DNA of 15,535 nucleotides, taken from IMG/VR virus record IMGVR_UViG_2634166457_000017, positions 1-15,535 of that record. One strand, written 5' to 3'. Shown here piece by piece: positions 1 to 7,643 of the stretch (its first letter is position 1; each line of letters begins with the position of its first letter). A program made the position numbers and the translations under genes. The notes below the pieces were generated by a model that saw only the letters and a program-made list of their open reading frames with translations, was not told the DNA's origin and did not search any database. Origin of the DNA: a virus. Lineage: Duplodnaviria; Heunggongvirae; Uroviricota; Caudoviricetes.

Positions 1-1227
1 GTGGCAGGCACAAACAAACTGAGTGATAAAAAATTAAGATCGCTTCTCGGCGTAAAGCGGGATTCAGTAATTACCATTGCGGATGGTGAAGGATTAAGCA
101 TCAAAGTATCCATGATGGGATGCATTAGTTGGGTTTTCTCTTATCGTCTTGGTGGGCGTGGGAGCAAGTTAGAGCGCATTGTTCTTGGGCGTTACCCTGA
201 CATGTCGTTGAAAATGGCTAGGGAGAAGAGGGAACTATGCCGAAAATGGTATGCGGACGGGCTGAATCCACGACTTGAATTAGAACTTAGCGCAGAAGAA
301 AACCTTAACCCCGTAACTGTCCATGATGCCCTTGAATATTGGCTAATTCATTACGCAAGAAAAAAACGTAGTGACGAGGAACTCGTGCGGGCGCAATTAC
401 GTAAGCATATTTATCCGCGTCTTGGCCACTATCCGTTATCCCGGTGTGAAACGCGTCACTGGGTGACATGTTTTGATGAAATTAACCAGTCCAGGCCAAT
501 CACTGCCGGGCGAATGTTCCAGATTTGTAAACAGGCCTTAAGATTCTGCAAGGTTCGCCGTTATGCCTCATGTGATGCCCTGGCTTTTATGACAATCCAG
601 GATGTAGGGCAACCATCGGGGCAGCGTGATAGGGTGCTGTCAGATAGTGAGTTAGCTGATGTATGGCGGTGTACTTATAGCGATGAACAGCAATTTTATT
701 ATCTTCGTCTGCTTAAGTTGCTTGTGCTGTTTGGGGCGCGAACAATGGAAGTAAGATTATCCCGGTGGAGTGAATGGGATTTTCAGTCATGGATTTGGAC
801 GGTTCCTAAAGAACACAGCAAAACTCGTGAAAAAATAGTTCGTCCAATTCCAGAGGGCATTCGCCCATGGATTGAGGATCTAAAAAAGGAAACGGGAAAA
901 ACAGGAATTGTACTGGGTGAAGAACGTTCCCGCCAGGCTGCTTCGCTTAAAGGGCGTAGGCTATACAAAGATTTTCATCATAATGAGCCATGGACGCTTC
1001 ACGATTTGCGCAGAACATTTTCTACAGGTTTAAATAATATGGGTATTGCGCCACATATTGTAGAGCTTTTACTTGGTCATGCATTGCCGGGGGTGATGGC
1101 TATTTATAACCGTAGTCTGTACTTACCTGAGAAAATGGATGCGTTGAATAAGTGGTATGGCCGATTAGAACTTCTGGCTGGTAATCATCAAAATGTGGTG
1201 CTGTTACCTGTATCGAATAGAGGTTAA
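1..1227 (+). CDS. int: Tyrosine recombinase / phage integrase (P4-like, arm-binding N-terminus)
   Basis: 408-aa ORF; C-terminal catalytic region shows the R..HxxR..Y pattern (WTLHDLRRTFST, LLGHA, AIYNRSLY). N-terminus resembles P4-family integrase arm domain. GTG start sits at the window edge, so the true start could lie upstream. Confidence 0.85.
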   Translation: MAGTNKLSDKKLRSLLGVKRDSVITIADGEGLSIKVSMMGCISWVFSYRLGGRGSKLERIVLGRYPDMSLKMAREKRELCRKWYADGLNPRLELELSAEENLNPVTVHDALEYWLIHYARKKRSDEELVRAQLRKHIYPRLGHYPLSRCETRHWVTCFDEINQSRPITAGRMFQICKQALRFCKVRRYASCDALAFMTIQDVGQPSGQRDRVLSDSELADVWRCTYSDEQQFYYLRLLKLLVLFGARTMEVRLSRWSEWDFQSWIWTVPKEHSKTREKIVRPIPEGIRPWIEDLKKETGKTGIVLGEERSRQAASLKGRRLYKDFHHNEPWTLHDLRRTFSTGLNNMGIAPHIVELLLGHALPGVMAIYNRSLYLPEKMDALNKWYGRLELLAGNHQNVVLLPVSNRG

Positions 1228-1318
1228 ACTGATATTACGGGCATAGGTCGGCCAACCGAAAAGCGGGAAACCCTACCCGCCTGGCTCGTAAAGTATTTAG
1301 GGCGTTGAGGGTAGCGCA

Positions 1319-2248
1319 ATGGCTAACGACATTAAAATTCCTTTTCAGTATTGCAACATTGAGCGTGCATCAAGATTGCTGGGTTGCGAGATTAGCGATC
1401 TCGTGAATTTAGGTGTTACTAAAAAAATAGCTTTATGCCTAAATTTATTTGATGCTCGCGCTGTTTTATATATGAATACTGATAGCAAGTCTGCAACTGC
1501 TTGGTTTGATACCAGAAATGCAAAATCGACCACATCACTGATGGGGAACAATATTACTGAATACTCCAGGTTTCATCTTTTCAGATACAATTATAACGAG
1601 GAGACAGATGAAACTATACACGCGCCTTTATTCGGTCAAGACTCAGAAAACGGATGCTTTAGCTCTATTGGTAGGGCTTATGGATTGTGGCGCCTTTGGA
1701 GTGGGCTGGAAGAACTACAAAATTTTGGAGAGTATTCCCTAAGTGGTTTTGAATTAACCCCGTGTCATCCAGAAACTGATAATCCTGCCGTACAACTTTT
1801 AATGGTTGGTGAAGATAGTGATTATGATGAAGAAGACGATCAAATATTAAAGAATAATATTTCTATAAATGACTTGTGGATTACCGCTCATGATATAAGG
1901 CGACTTCTTGACTGTGGTGGCGATTATTTTACGCTAACAGATAATTTTGAATCTGTAGAACCTCACAAGATGAATGGCAATGAAATTGTGCAACATTCTG
2001 CTGAAAGACATGCAAGAAATCGAGAGCAAATTTTAATGGTTGCTATGCGTTTTAAAGAAGAGCAACAAAATACTTTTAATGAGACCTGCAGAAAAAACGA
2101 TGGAACGATTAACTATTCTGCTTGGGCTCGTGAGTTGATCGCCAGACCTGATTGGTTCATTAATAGTGAATTGCCAATAAAAACAGAAACAAAAATAGCA
2201 GCAATTTTAAGTAATGCTCATAAGAGGCCGAGTGAAAGGTCGCAGTAA
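1319..2248 (+). CDS. Hypothetical protein, AT-rich accessory gene of unknown function
   Basis: 309-aa ORF with GAGGGT Shine-Dalgarno 6 nt upstream of ATG; visibly more AT-rich than flanking genes; no recognisable catalytic motif (no P-loop, no HNH, no DEAD); possible helix-turn-helix-like N-terminus (ERASRLLGCEISDLVNLGVTKK), acidic cluster DSDYDEEDD. Confidence 0.6.
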   Translation: MANDIKIPFQYCNIERASRLLGCEISDLVNLGVTKKIALCLNLFDARAVLYMNTDSKSATAWFDTRNAKSTTSLMGNNITEYSRFHLFRYNYNEETDETIHAPLFGQDSENGCFSSIGRAYGLWRLWSGLEELQNFGEYSLSGFELTPCHPETDNPAVQLLMVGEDSDYDEEDDQILKNNISINDLWITAHDIRRLLDCGGDYFTLTDNFESVEPHKMNGNEIVQHSAERHARNREQILMVAMRFKEEQQNTFNETCRKNDGTINYSAWARELIARPDWFINSELPIKTETKIAAILSNAHKRPSERSQ

Positions 2249-2267
2249 GCCTTACTCATATACTCCT

Positions 2268-2306
2268 AAGCATACTGATATATTTATAAGCATTATCAGT
2301 ATGTTT
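2268..2306 (+). terminator. Possible intrinsic terminator after accessory ORF
   Basis: Perfect 10-bp inverted repeat CATACTGATA (2271-2280) / TATCAGTATG (2294-2303) followed by TTT; loop is long (13 nt), so weak call. Confidence 0.3.
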
Positions 2307-2385
2307 CTATGATTACTACTGTGTTTTAATCCAGTATTAAAGATTGCAAAATAGCCTCCGCAATCATAGATACAGTGGAGGCAAT

Positions 2386-2670
2386 ATGACAAAAACCACA
2401 TTCATTCCCCCAACTCCAGAACAACGCCGGGCGCTTCTTGAAGAATACGGTTTTGAATTTGATCGCCGTATCCGTGAAAAGGAATGCCAGGAAATCACCA
2501 GTCTGTCGCGCTCAACTCGCTTCAAAATGGAAAATGAAGGGCGTTTCCCGCCTCGTTGTCATTTCGGGCGCAATAGCTGTGCGTGGCTTCTCTCTGATGT
2601 GCTTTGGTGGGTTCGTAACCCACCTGCTGTAGATAAAGTCAATAATCCGTACGGTAAGAAAGCTGCATAA
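2386..2670 (+). CDS. alpA: AlpA-family transcriptional regulator / excisionase-like DNA-binding protein
   Basis: Translation contains ITSLSRSTRFKMENEGRFP...WLLSDVLWWV, matching the AlpA winged-helix signature. Start placed at ATG 2386 (GGAGG 4 nt upstream) rather than the ORF-track start at 2344. Confidence 0.75.
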   Translation: MTKTTFIPPTPEQRRALLEEYGFEFDRRIREKECQEITSLSRSTRFKMENEGRFPPRCHFGRNSCAWLLSDVLWWVRNPPAVDKVNNPYGKKAA

Positions 2671-2850
2671 GGGGGGAGTTATGACACATAAAACAAAGGC
2701 GACCGGGGGCGGTCGCCAATGGGAAAACACTAAACATAAGCCCGAACATCATAGCGGTTTGCTGACTGGTGGGCAATCTGTCAGGTTTGCACCAATGACT
2801 CCAGGTTTAACCGAGGGTCATTATGGTGAATATGCTGACTTGCTGGTGGG

Positions 2851-3048
2851 CTATTCCTGCTCTTTAACATCGCCATTCTGCGATGTTTTCCAGGTATGCG
2901 ATCCCATTTTTGTGCGCCTGTACTCTTTAAGGAACTTCTCAAGGACAAACGCACATGGCGCAAATCTTTCCTGTTCTTGTTCGCTTACCGCATTTTTGCG
3001 TTGTTTTTTCCTGGATGAAGATAATTTCTTTAATGATTTGTCAGTCAT
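2851..3048 (-). CDS. Small basic hypothetical protein (uncertain)
   Basis: 65-aa minus-strand ORF in the same frame as the downstream RHH gene; weak SD; lysine/arginine-rich N-terminus. Could be a shadow ORF. Confidence 0.25.
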   Translation of the reverse strand: MTDKSLKKLSSSRKKQRKNAVSEQEQERFAPCAFVLEKFLKEYRRTKMGSHTWKTSQNGDVKEQE

Positions 3049-3300
3049 CGTAGATACCTGTAACCCTGTGCGCCACAGTTCACCGCACCACGGCGCTGGT
3101 GATGGTTACTCCTGCTCTTTGGCCTTGCGGCGCTTTAGTTCTGCTGGAGCTAATCAATCATTGTATATTAGACGTGGGATCTTTTTTTCATCGCTCCTGC
3201 ATATACGCTCATTACTGACGTGTTCATTGCTGATGCAATTTCCTAGGAGGAAAACATATAAAAACAGGGAGCCAAACCAGTATATTTTTTGCTGCATGAG

Positions 3301-3486
3301 TTATTCCTTATCAGCCTCTTTGTTTTTTTTACGCTGGCGGCGTTTGATTTCGCCGCGCATGGCAGTAACGATAAATTGCGCGTCTGTTTCGTTTTCTTCT
3401 TTTACCAAATTCATTTCGCTTAAAACTTCTAGAGGTACTCTAGCTGTTTTTTGTTGTGACTTGTTGTTGGTTGTACCTGTTGGCAT
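3301..3486 (-). CDS. Ribbon-helix-helix (Arc/MetJ-like) transcriptional repressor
   Basis: 61-aa ORF with strong SD (TAAGGAG, 7-nt spacer); segment RVPLEVLSEMNLVKEENETDAQFIVTAMRGEIKRR follows the beta-strand/helix/helix pattern of Arc repressor (EVL..EEN..); divergent from the early operon and adjacent to a palindromic operator. Confidence 0.6.
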   Translation of the reverse strand: MPTGTTNNKSQQKTARVPLEVLSEMNLVKEENETDAQFIVTAMRGEIKRRQRKKNKEADKE

Positions 3487-3551
3487 CTCTGTTCTCCTTA
3501 CTGTTAGGTGGTGTTCAGTATACGGAGAAAAAAAATAAAAAAAGACTTGAA

Positions 3552-3596
3552 GTGCAAGTCACCTAAAAGTAACCTAGATTTCAAGGTGACTTGCAC
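3552..3596. promoter_or_regulatory. Palindromic operator in divergent promoter region
   Basis: Perfect 13-bp inverted repeat GTGCAAGTCACCT (3552-3564) / AGGTGACTTGCAC (3584-3596) with 19-bp spacer, between the minus-strand RHH gene and the + strand early operon; candidate -35 TTGAAG at 3548-3553 overlaps the left half-site. Confidence 0.55.
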
Positions 3597-3674
3597 CAAA
3601 AAGCAACGCCCCGCACTGTTGGAGCAGTAACGGGGCATCTAACCACCAACGATAACGATAGTATCGAGGTAGCT

Positions 3675-3878
3675 ATGTTAAATCATACCACACACCCGCA
3701 AGGGCGGGATTCGCACAACCTGAATAAATATATCTGGCGTTTTATCGCTCTGAGCACGGCACAACCGCGCGTGATTACCATTGAGGCCACCAGCGAACAG
3801 GAAGCACGTCAGCAATCTCCTGATGGCTGCGTGATGGTATTCGCTGCCCGTATCCGTCAGGGGGGGAGCCATGCATGA
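3675..3878 (+). CDS. Small protein, possibly Icd-like host cell division inhibitor (P4 kil-region type)
   Basis: 67-aa ORF from ATG 3675 with GAGGT SD; pattern YIWRFIAL...EATSEQEARQ...FAARIRQG resembles small Icd-like proteins of P4-type elements as I recall them; position upstream of primase matches the P4 early operon layout. The ORF-track start at 3591 is TTG inside the operator and is unlikely. Confidence 0.4.
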   Translation: MLNHTTHPQGRDSHNLNKYIWRFIALSTAQPRVITIEATSEQEARQQSPDGCVMVFAARIRQGGSHA

Positions 3879-4098
3879 TGACCGTTATTTTAAATCAATG
3901 AGCCATGCAGAAAATGCACTGACTAACAGTGAATGCTTGCGGCAAATATTGCTTATCTGGCTTGATGGTTTAAGTGATGCGCCGGAAGATGAGCGTGAAT
4001 CTAATCTTGCTGGTGCGTTTATTTCATTACTCGATACGGTAATCGTCGAATTAAATAAAGCGATCGAAATTCACGATAAAAAAATAAACGCGGAATAA
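3871..4098 (+). CDS. Hypothetical small protein
   Basis: 75-aa ORF, GGGGGGAG SD immediately upstream, overlaps previous stop by 8 nt (translational coupling). Confidence 0.45.
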   Translation: MHDDRYFKSMSHAENALTNSECLRQILLIWLDGLSDAPEDERESNLAGAFISLLDTVIVELNKAIEIHDKKINAE

Positions 4099-4103
4099 AA
4101 ACC

Positions 4104-4391
4104 ATGAAACAGAAAATTTCTGGCTTTACTGCCAGCGGCCCCGCTCGTCCTGAATTTATGAACGGCGATATTTACCGCGATAAATATGGCGGTACGGTAA
4201 CGATTAAAGGCGTGGCAGAACGGCGCATCACCTACCGCCGTGAAGGTTATGAATATGACTGCGTGATGCCTGTTTATCAATTCCGGCGTGATTTTAAGCT
4301 GGTGGGCCATCGTAAAGCCGTAAATAAGAAACGTGCAGCAAGCTATATCCGCAAAATCCGTGAAATGCTGGTCGCAGGGGGTAAGAAATGA
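4104..4391 (+). CDS. Hypothetical small basic protein
   Basis: 95-aa ORF; stop overlaps primase start (ATGA), suggesting coupled translation. Confidence 0.5.
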   Translation: MKQKISGFTASGPARPEFMNGDIYRDKYGGTVTIKGVAERRITYRREGYEYDCVMPVYQFRRDFKLVGHRKAVNKKRAASYIRKIREMLVAGGKK

Positions 4392-6136
4392 AACTGGCAC
4401 CGAACGTAAAAAAACAACCACGCGGAATAAAACACAAAGACACAGAGGTAATTATTTTCGCGGGTAGTGATGCGTGGGCACATGCAAAACAGTGGCAGGA
4501 GCAGGACGGCCCCGCATCCGGCGATGATGTGCCGCCTGTGTGGCTTGGGCCAAATCAGCTTGCCGAACTGGATGCGCTGAAAATTGTTCCGGATGGGAAA
4601 AAACGCGTAAGGCTGTACCAGGCCGGAGAACTGGATTTAGTGGAGACCAAAAAGATTGGTCAGAAGCTGGCGGCGGCAGATATTCAGGATGCGAATTTTT
4701 ACCCCGAAGGGATGCACGGACAGAAATGTGAGAACTGGCGGCGCTATCTGAATGCTGAGCGTGAAAATATTGCCGCAGGGATTACCATGCCGGAACAGAA
4801 AAAATCACAACTTTCACAGATGGCAGACAGTGAACGGGCACAGCTTCTTGCTTCCCGCTTTGATGGTGTCTGCGTCCATGCAGAAAGTGAAATCGTTCAC
4901 GTATGGCGTGACGGGGTATGGTGTCCGGTCAGCACAATGGAGCTGAGCCGCGAAATGGTGGCGGTTTATTCAGAACACGGGGCCACGTTCAGCAAGCGTG
5001 CAATTAATAACGCCGTTGAAGCATTAAAAGTTATTGCCCAGCCAATGGGGGAGCCGTCCGGCGATTTGCTGCCGTTCGCCAATGGTGCGCTTGACCTGAG
5101 AACAGGAGAATTTTCCCCGCACCAGCCGGATAACTGGCTCACCACCCACAACGGCATTGAGTACACGCCGCCAGTACCAGGGGAGAATATCCGCGACAAC
5201 GCGCCAAACTTTTATAAATGGCTTGATCACGCTGCCGGAAAAGACCCACACAAGATGATGCGCATATGTGCCGCGCTCTACATGATTATGGCGAACCGGT
5301 ACGACTGGCAGATGTTCATTGAGGCCACCGGAGACGGCGGGAGCGGTAAGAGTACATTCACGCACATTGCCACACTACTTGCCGGAAAACCGAACACGGT
5401 GAGCGCCGAGATGACATCGCTTGATGATGCTGGTGGGCGTGCGCAGGTTGTCGGGAGCCGCCTTATCGTTCTGGCAGACCAGCCGAAATACACGGGCGAG
5501 GGCACGGGCATCAAGAAAATCACGGGCGGCGACCCCGTGGAGATTAACCCGAAATATGAAAAGCGATTCACGGCGGTAATCAGGGCGGTTGTGCTGGCAA
5601 CCAATAATAACCCGATGATATTCACCGAACGGGCCGGAGGCGTGTCACGTCGTCGGGTGATATTCCGGTTCGATAACATCGTAAGCGAGGCAGAAAAAGA
5701 CAGGGAGCTACCGGAAAAGATAGCGGCAGAAATCCCTGTCATTATCCGCCGCTTGCTGGCGAACTTTGCCGACCCTGAAAAGGCACGGGCTTTACTCATT
5801 GAACAGCGAGACGGTGATGAAGCACTGGCGATAAAGCAGCAGACGGATCCGGTTATTGAGTTTTGCCAGTTCCTTAACTTTCTGGAAGAAGCACGCGGCC
5901 TGATGATGGGCGGCGGCGGTGACTCTTCCAGGTACACGACCAGAAACAGCCTTTACCGCGTCTATCTGGCGTTTATGGCGTATGCCGGCAGGAACAAGCC
6001 GCTGAACGTGGCTGAGTTCAGCAAAGCTATGAAGCCAGCGGCGAAAGTTTACGGACATGAATATATAACGCGCAGGATTAAAGGGATTACGCAAACCAAC
6101 GTGACAACAACAGACGACTGCGACGCGTTTTTATAA
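4388..6136 (+). CDS. Phage/plasmid primase-helicase, P4 family (D5_N-like plus SF3 NTPase)
   Basis: 582-aa ORF; Walker A GDGGSGKST; GGGGG SD upstream; immediately followed by iteron array. No obvious TOPRIM EGYATA motif seen, so it may be helicase/initiator only. Confidence 0.85.
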   Translation: MKLAPNVKKQPRGIKHKDTEVIIFAGSDAWAHAKQWQEQDGPASGDDVPPVWLGPNQLAELDALKIVPDGKKRVRLYQAGELDLVETKKIGQKLAAADIQDANFYPEGMHGQKCENWRRYLNAERENIAAGITMPEQKKSQLSQMADSERAQLLASRFDGVCVHAESEIVHVWRDGVWCPVSTMELSREMVAVYSEHGATFSKRAINNAVEALKVIAQPMGEPSGDLLPFANGALDLRTGEFSPHQPDNWLTTHNGIEYTPPVPGENIRDNAPNFYKWLDHAAGKDPHKMMRICAALYMIMANRYDWQMFIEATGDGGSGKSTFTHIATLLAGKPNTVSAEMTSLDDAGGRAQVVGSRLIVLADQPKYTGEGTGIKKITGGDPVEINPKYEKRFTAVIRAVVLATNNNPMIFTERAGGVSRRRVIFRFDNIVSEAEKDRELPEKIAAEIPVIIRRLLANFADPEKARALLIEQRDGDEALAIKQQTDPVIEFCQFLNFLEEARGLMMGGGGDSSRYTTRNSLYRVYLAFMAYAGRNKPLNVAEFSKAMKPAAKVYGHEYITRRIKGITQTNVTTTDDCDAFL

Positions 6137-6144
6137 TTTTAGAC

Positions 6145-6380
6145 AAAAGCCCTCTACCCCTTCTACCTTAAGAAAATAATTGCATATATTTCATATGGAT
6201 AGGTTTGGTAGATGGCAGGTAGAAGGCACTTAAAAGCCCTCTACACCCTCTACCATAATTCAGGGCATTTGTGAGGGGGTGGTAGATGGCAGGTAGAGGG
6301 CCAAAAAAGCCATCTACCCCGCTGAAAGCCGCGCCATTACTGACCTGAAAGATGATTAGGTAGAGAGGTAGAGGAGGTGC
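6145..6380. repeat. Iteron array / putative origin of replication
   Basis: Eleven copies of hexamer TCTACC/GGTAGA in about 230 bp, organised as alternating-orientation 20-23 bp units (e.g. GGTAGATGGCAGGTAGAAGG at 6207-6226 and GGTAGATGGCAGGTAGAGGG at 6281-6300; AAAAGCCCTCTACCCCTTCTACC at 6145-6167 and AAAAGCCCTCTACACCCTCTACC at 6232-6254), with an AT-rich stretch 6170-6198; directly downstream of the initiator gene. Confidence 0.65.
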
Positions 6381-6422
6381 ACCACAACCCAAAACTTTTT
6401 AAACACGAGGGTAAAAATAAAA

Positions 6423-6680
6423 ATGCACACTACAGAAAAACTTAACAATCAGAAGAAACCACATAACCGCGCCATTGAGTTTACAGAGCACTTGCTGAGG
6501 GTGGCGATAAAAATCATCGACCGCAACGCGGGAGAAGGATACGCGAAAGCCCATCCCGAACTGGTAAGCGCATTCATGACAACGGCAGCGGCAAACTTTG
6601 CCACGCTGACAGAACGGGAGATTGCCGAAGCGGAACAGGTGACAACCATCAACGTTAAAACCGGAGAGCAGACAGCATGA
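6423..6680 (+). CDS. Hypothetical protein
   Basis: 85-aa ORF; stop overlaps the SSB start (ATGA). Confidence 0.5.
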   Translation: MHTTEKLNNQKKPHNRAIEFTEHLLRVAIKIIDRNAGEGYAKAHPELVSAFMTTAAANFATLTEREIAEAEQVTTINVKTGEQTA

Positions 6681-7102
6681 CGGCACAGATAGCGGCACAC
6701 GGGCGGCTGGTGGACGACCCACAGGTAAAACAGACCAGCAAGGGCACACCCATGACGCTGGCACGGATGGCGGTATCCGTACCGTGCCATAACGCAGACG
6801 ACGGACAGGCGACGCTATGGCTTGCCGTAACTGCCTTTGGTAAGCAGGCCGACGCGCTGGCAAAGCACCACAAAGGCGAACTGGTGAGCGTGGCGGGTAA
6901 CATGCAGGTAAGCCAGTGGACAGGCCAGAACGGCGAAACGCGGCAGGGCTGGCAGGTTATCGCAGACAGTATAATCAGTGCGCGAACCGTGCGACCAGGT
7001 GGCAGGAAAGGCCAACAAGGGCAGGCTACTGACGCACTGAACAGGGCAAAACAACAGACAGGCCAGCACGATGACCCATACGGGGATGAAATACCGTTTT
7101 AG
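6677..7102 (+). CDS. ssb: Single-stranded DNA-binding protein (SSB-like, short)
   Basis: 141-aa ORF; OB-fold-like core aligns by eye with E. coli SSB (LWLAVTAFGKQADALAKHHKGELVSVAGNMQVSQWTGQNGETRQGW); C-terminus DDPYGDEIPF resembles the SSB acidic tip DDDIPF. Confidence 0.7.
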   Translation: MTAQIAAHGRLVDDPQVKQTSKGTPMTLARMAVSVPCHNADDGQATLWLAVTAFGKQADALAKHHKGELVSVAGNMQVSQWTGQNGETRQGWQVIADSIISARTVRPGGRKGQQGQATDALNRAKQQTGQHDDPYGDEIPF

Positions 7103-7120
7103 CGATAACAGGGGAGATAC

Positions 7121-7369
7121 ATGCCAGTGACATTTGAAGAAGTTCAGCAACATAAAAAGTTTCATGGTTTTGATGATCTGGAAACCACGACAGCAAAAAA
7201 ATATCGCCGTCTGCTTTCTTCCGATGCGTTATTTGTTGTGGATCATCATGATTTTCTGCGCAGCTCACTGACCGGGGAAATTTTCGCAACCAACCGTGAG
7301 CAGGTGGAAGCGATGATCGAATATCTGTGGAAAATAAGACGCAGAATGCGGGATCCCGTGAAACAATAA
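7121..7369 (+). CDS. Hypothetical protein
   Basis: 82-aa ORF with GGGGAG SD; followed by an intrinsic terminator. Confidence 0.55.
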   Translation: MPVTFEEVQQHKKFHGFDDLETTTAKKYRRLLSSDALFVVDHHDFLRSSLTGEIFATNREQVEAMIEYLWKIRRRMRDPVKQ

Positions 7370-7378
7370 AGCGATAAA

Positions 7379-7407
7379 GGCCTGGATTTTTTCCAGGTCT
7401 TTTTTTC
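7379..7407 (+). terminator. Rho-independent terminator ending the replication module
   Basis: Stem CCTGGA (7381-7386) / TCCAGG (7392-7397) with 5-nt loop, followed by TCTTTTTTT. Confidence 0.6.
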
Positions 7408-7423
7408 AGGTTTTGTAAATTAT

Positions 7424-7453
7424 TTGTTCGTGGTTGTTCCAGGTTGTTCGGTG
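7424..7453. repeat. Three tandem 10-bp direct repeats upstream of the capsid operon (candidate activator binding sites)
   Basis: TTGTTCGTGG / TTGTTCCAGG / TTGTTCGGTG at 7424-7433, 7434-7443, 7444-7453, just upstream of a TTTACA (7467-7472) -35-like hexamer. Confidence 0.5.
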
Positions 7454-7643
7454 ATTCTGGCTGATGTTTACATACTGATTTTTATGTATATCTTGAAGAG
7501 TGGCACTCAGACGTGAGCCGCCACAATGCCGCCTGACCCCCTGCGCGATGCCGGGTTGATCTGCGAGATGTCGAGAGTGTCGGGCGGCGCTCCCTCCGTG
7601 TTGGTTTCACGTCCTGAATCTTAACCAATACGAGAAAACCTTC

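Noticed and set aside
2681-3538. 285-aa + strand ORF following alpA
   Set aside because: Low-complexity Ser/Cys/Leu/Phe/Arg-rich translation; its 3' third is antisense to the well-supported RHH gene, so it looks like a shadow ORF. A short real N-terminal peptide cannot be excluded.
5278-5937. 219-aa minus-strand ORF
   Set aside because: Lies entirely antisense within the primase/helicase gene; translation is Ser/Ala/Arg-rich without motifs; shadow ORF.
6145-6380. Possible CRISPR array
   Set aside because: Repeats are 6-23 bp units in alternating orientation without regular unique spacers; consistent with iterons, not CRISPR.
6399-6903. Minus-strand ORFs of 154, 113 and 82 aa
   Set aside because: Antisense to the orf85 and SSB-like genes; Cys/Arg-rich translations typical of GC-rich shadow frames.
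7474-7486. 13-mer ACTGATTTTTATG shared with 14254-14266
   Set aside because: A single 13-bp match is within chance expectation for a 15.5 kb window on both strands; noted only as a possible common promoter-like element.
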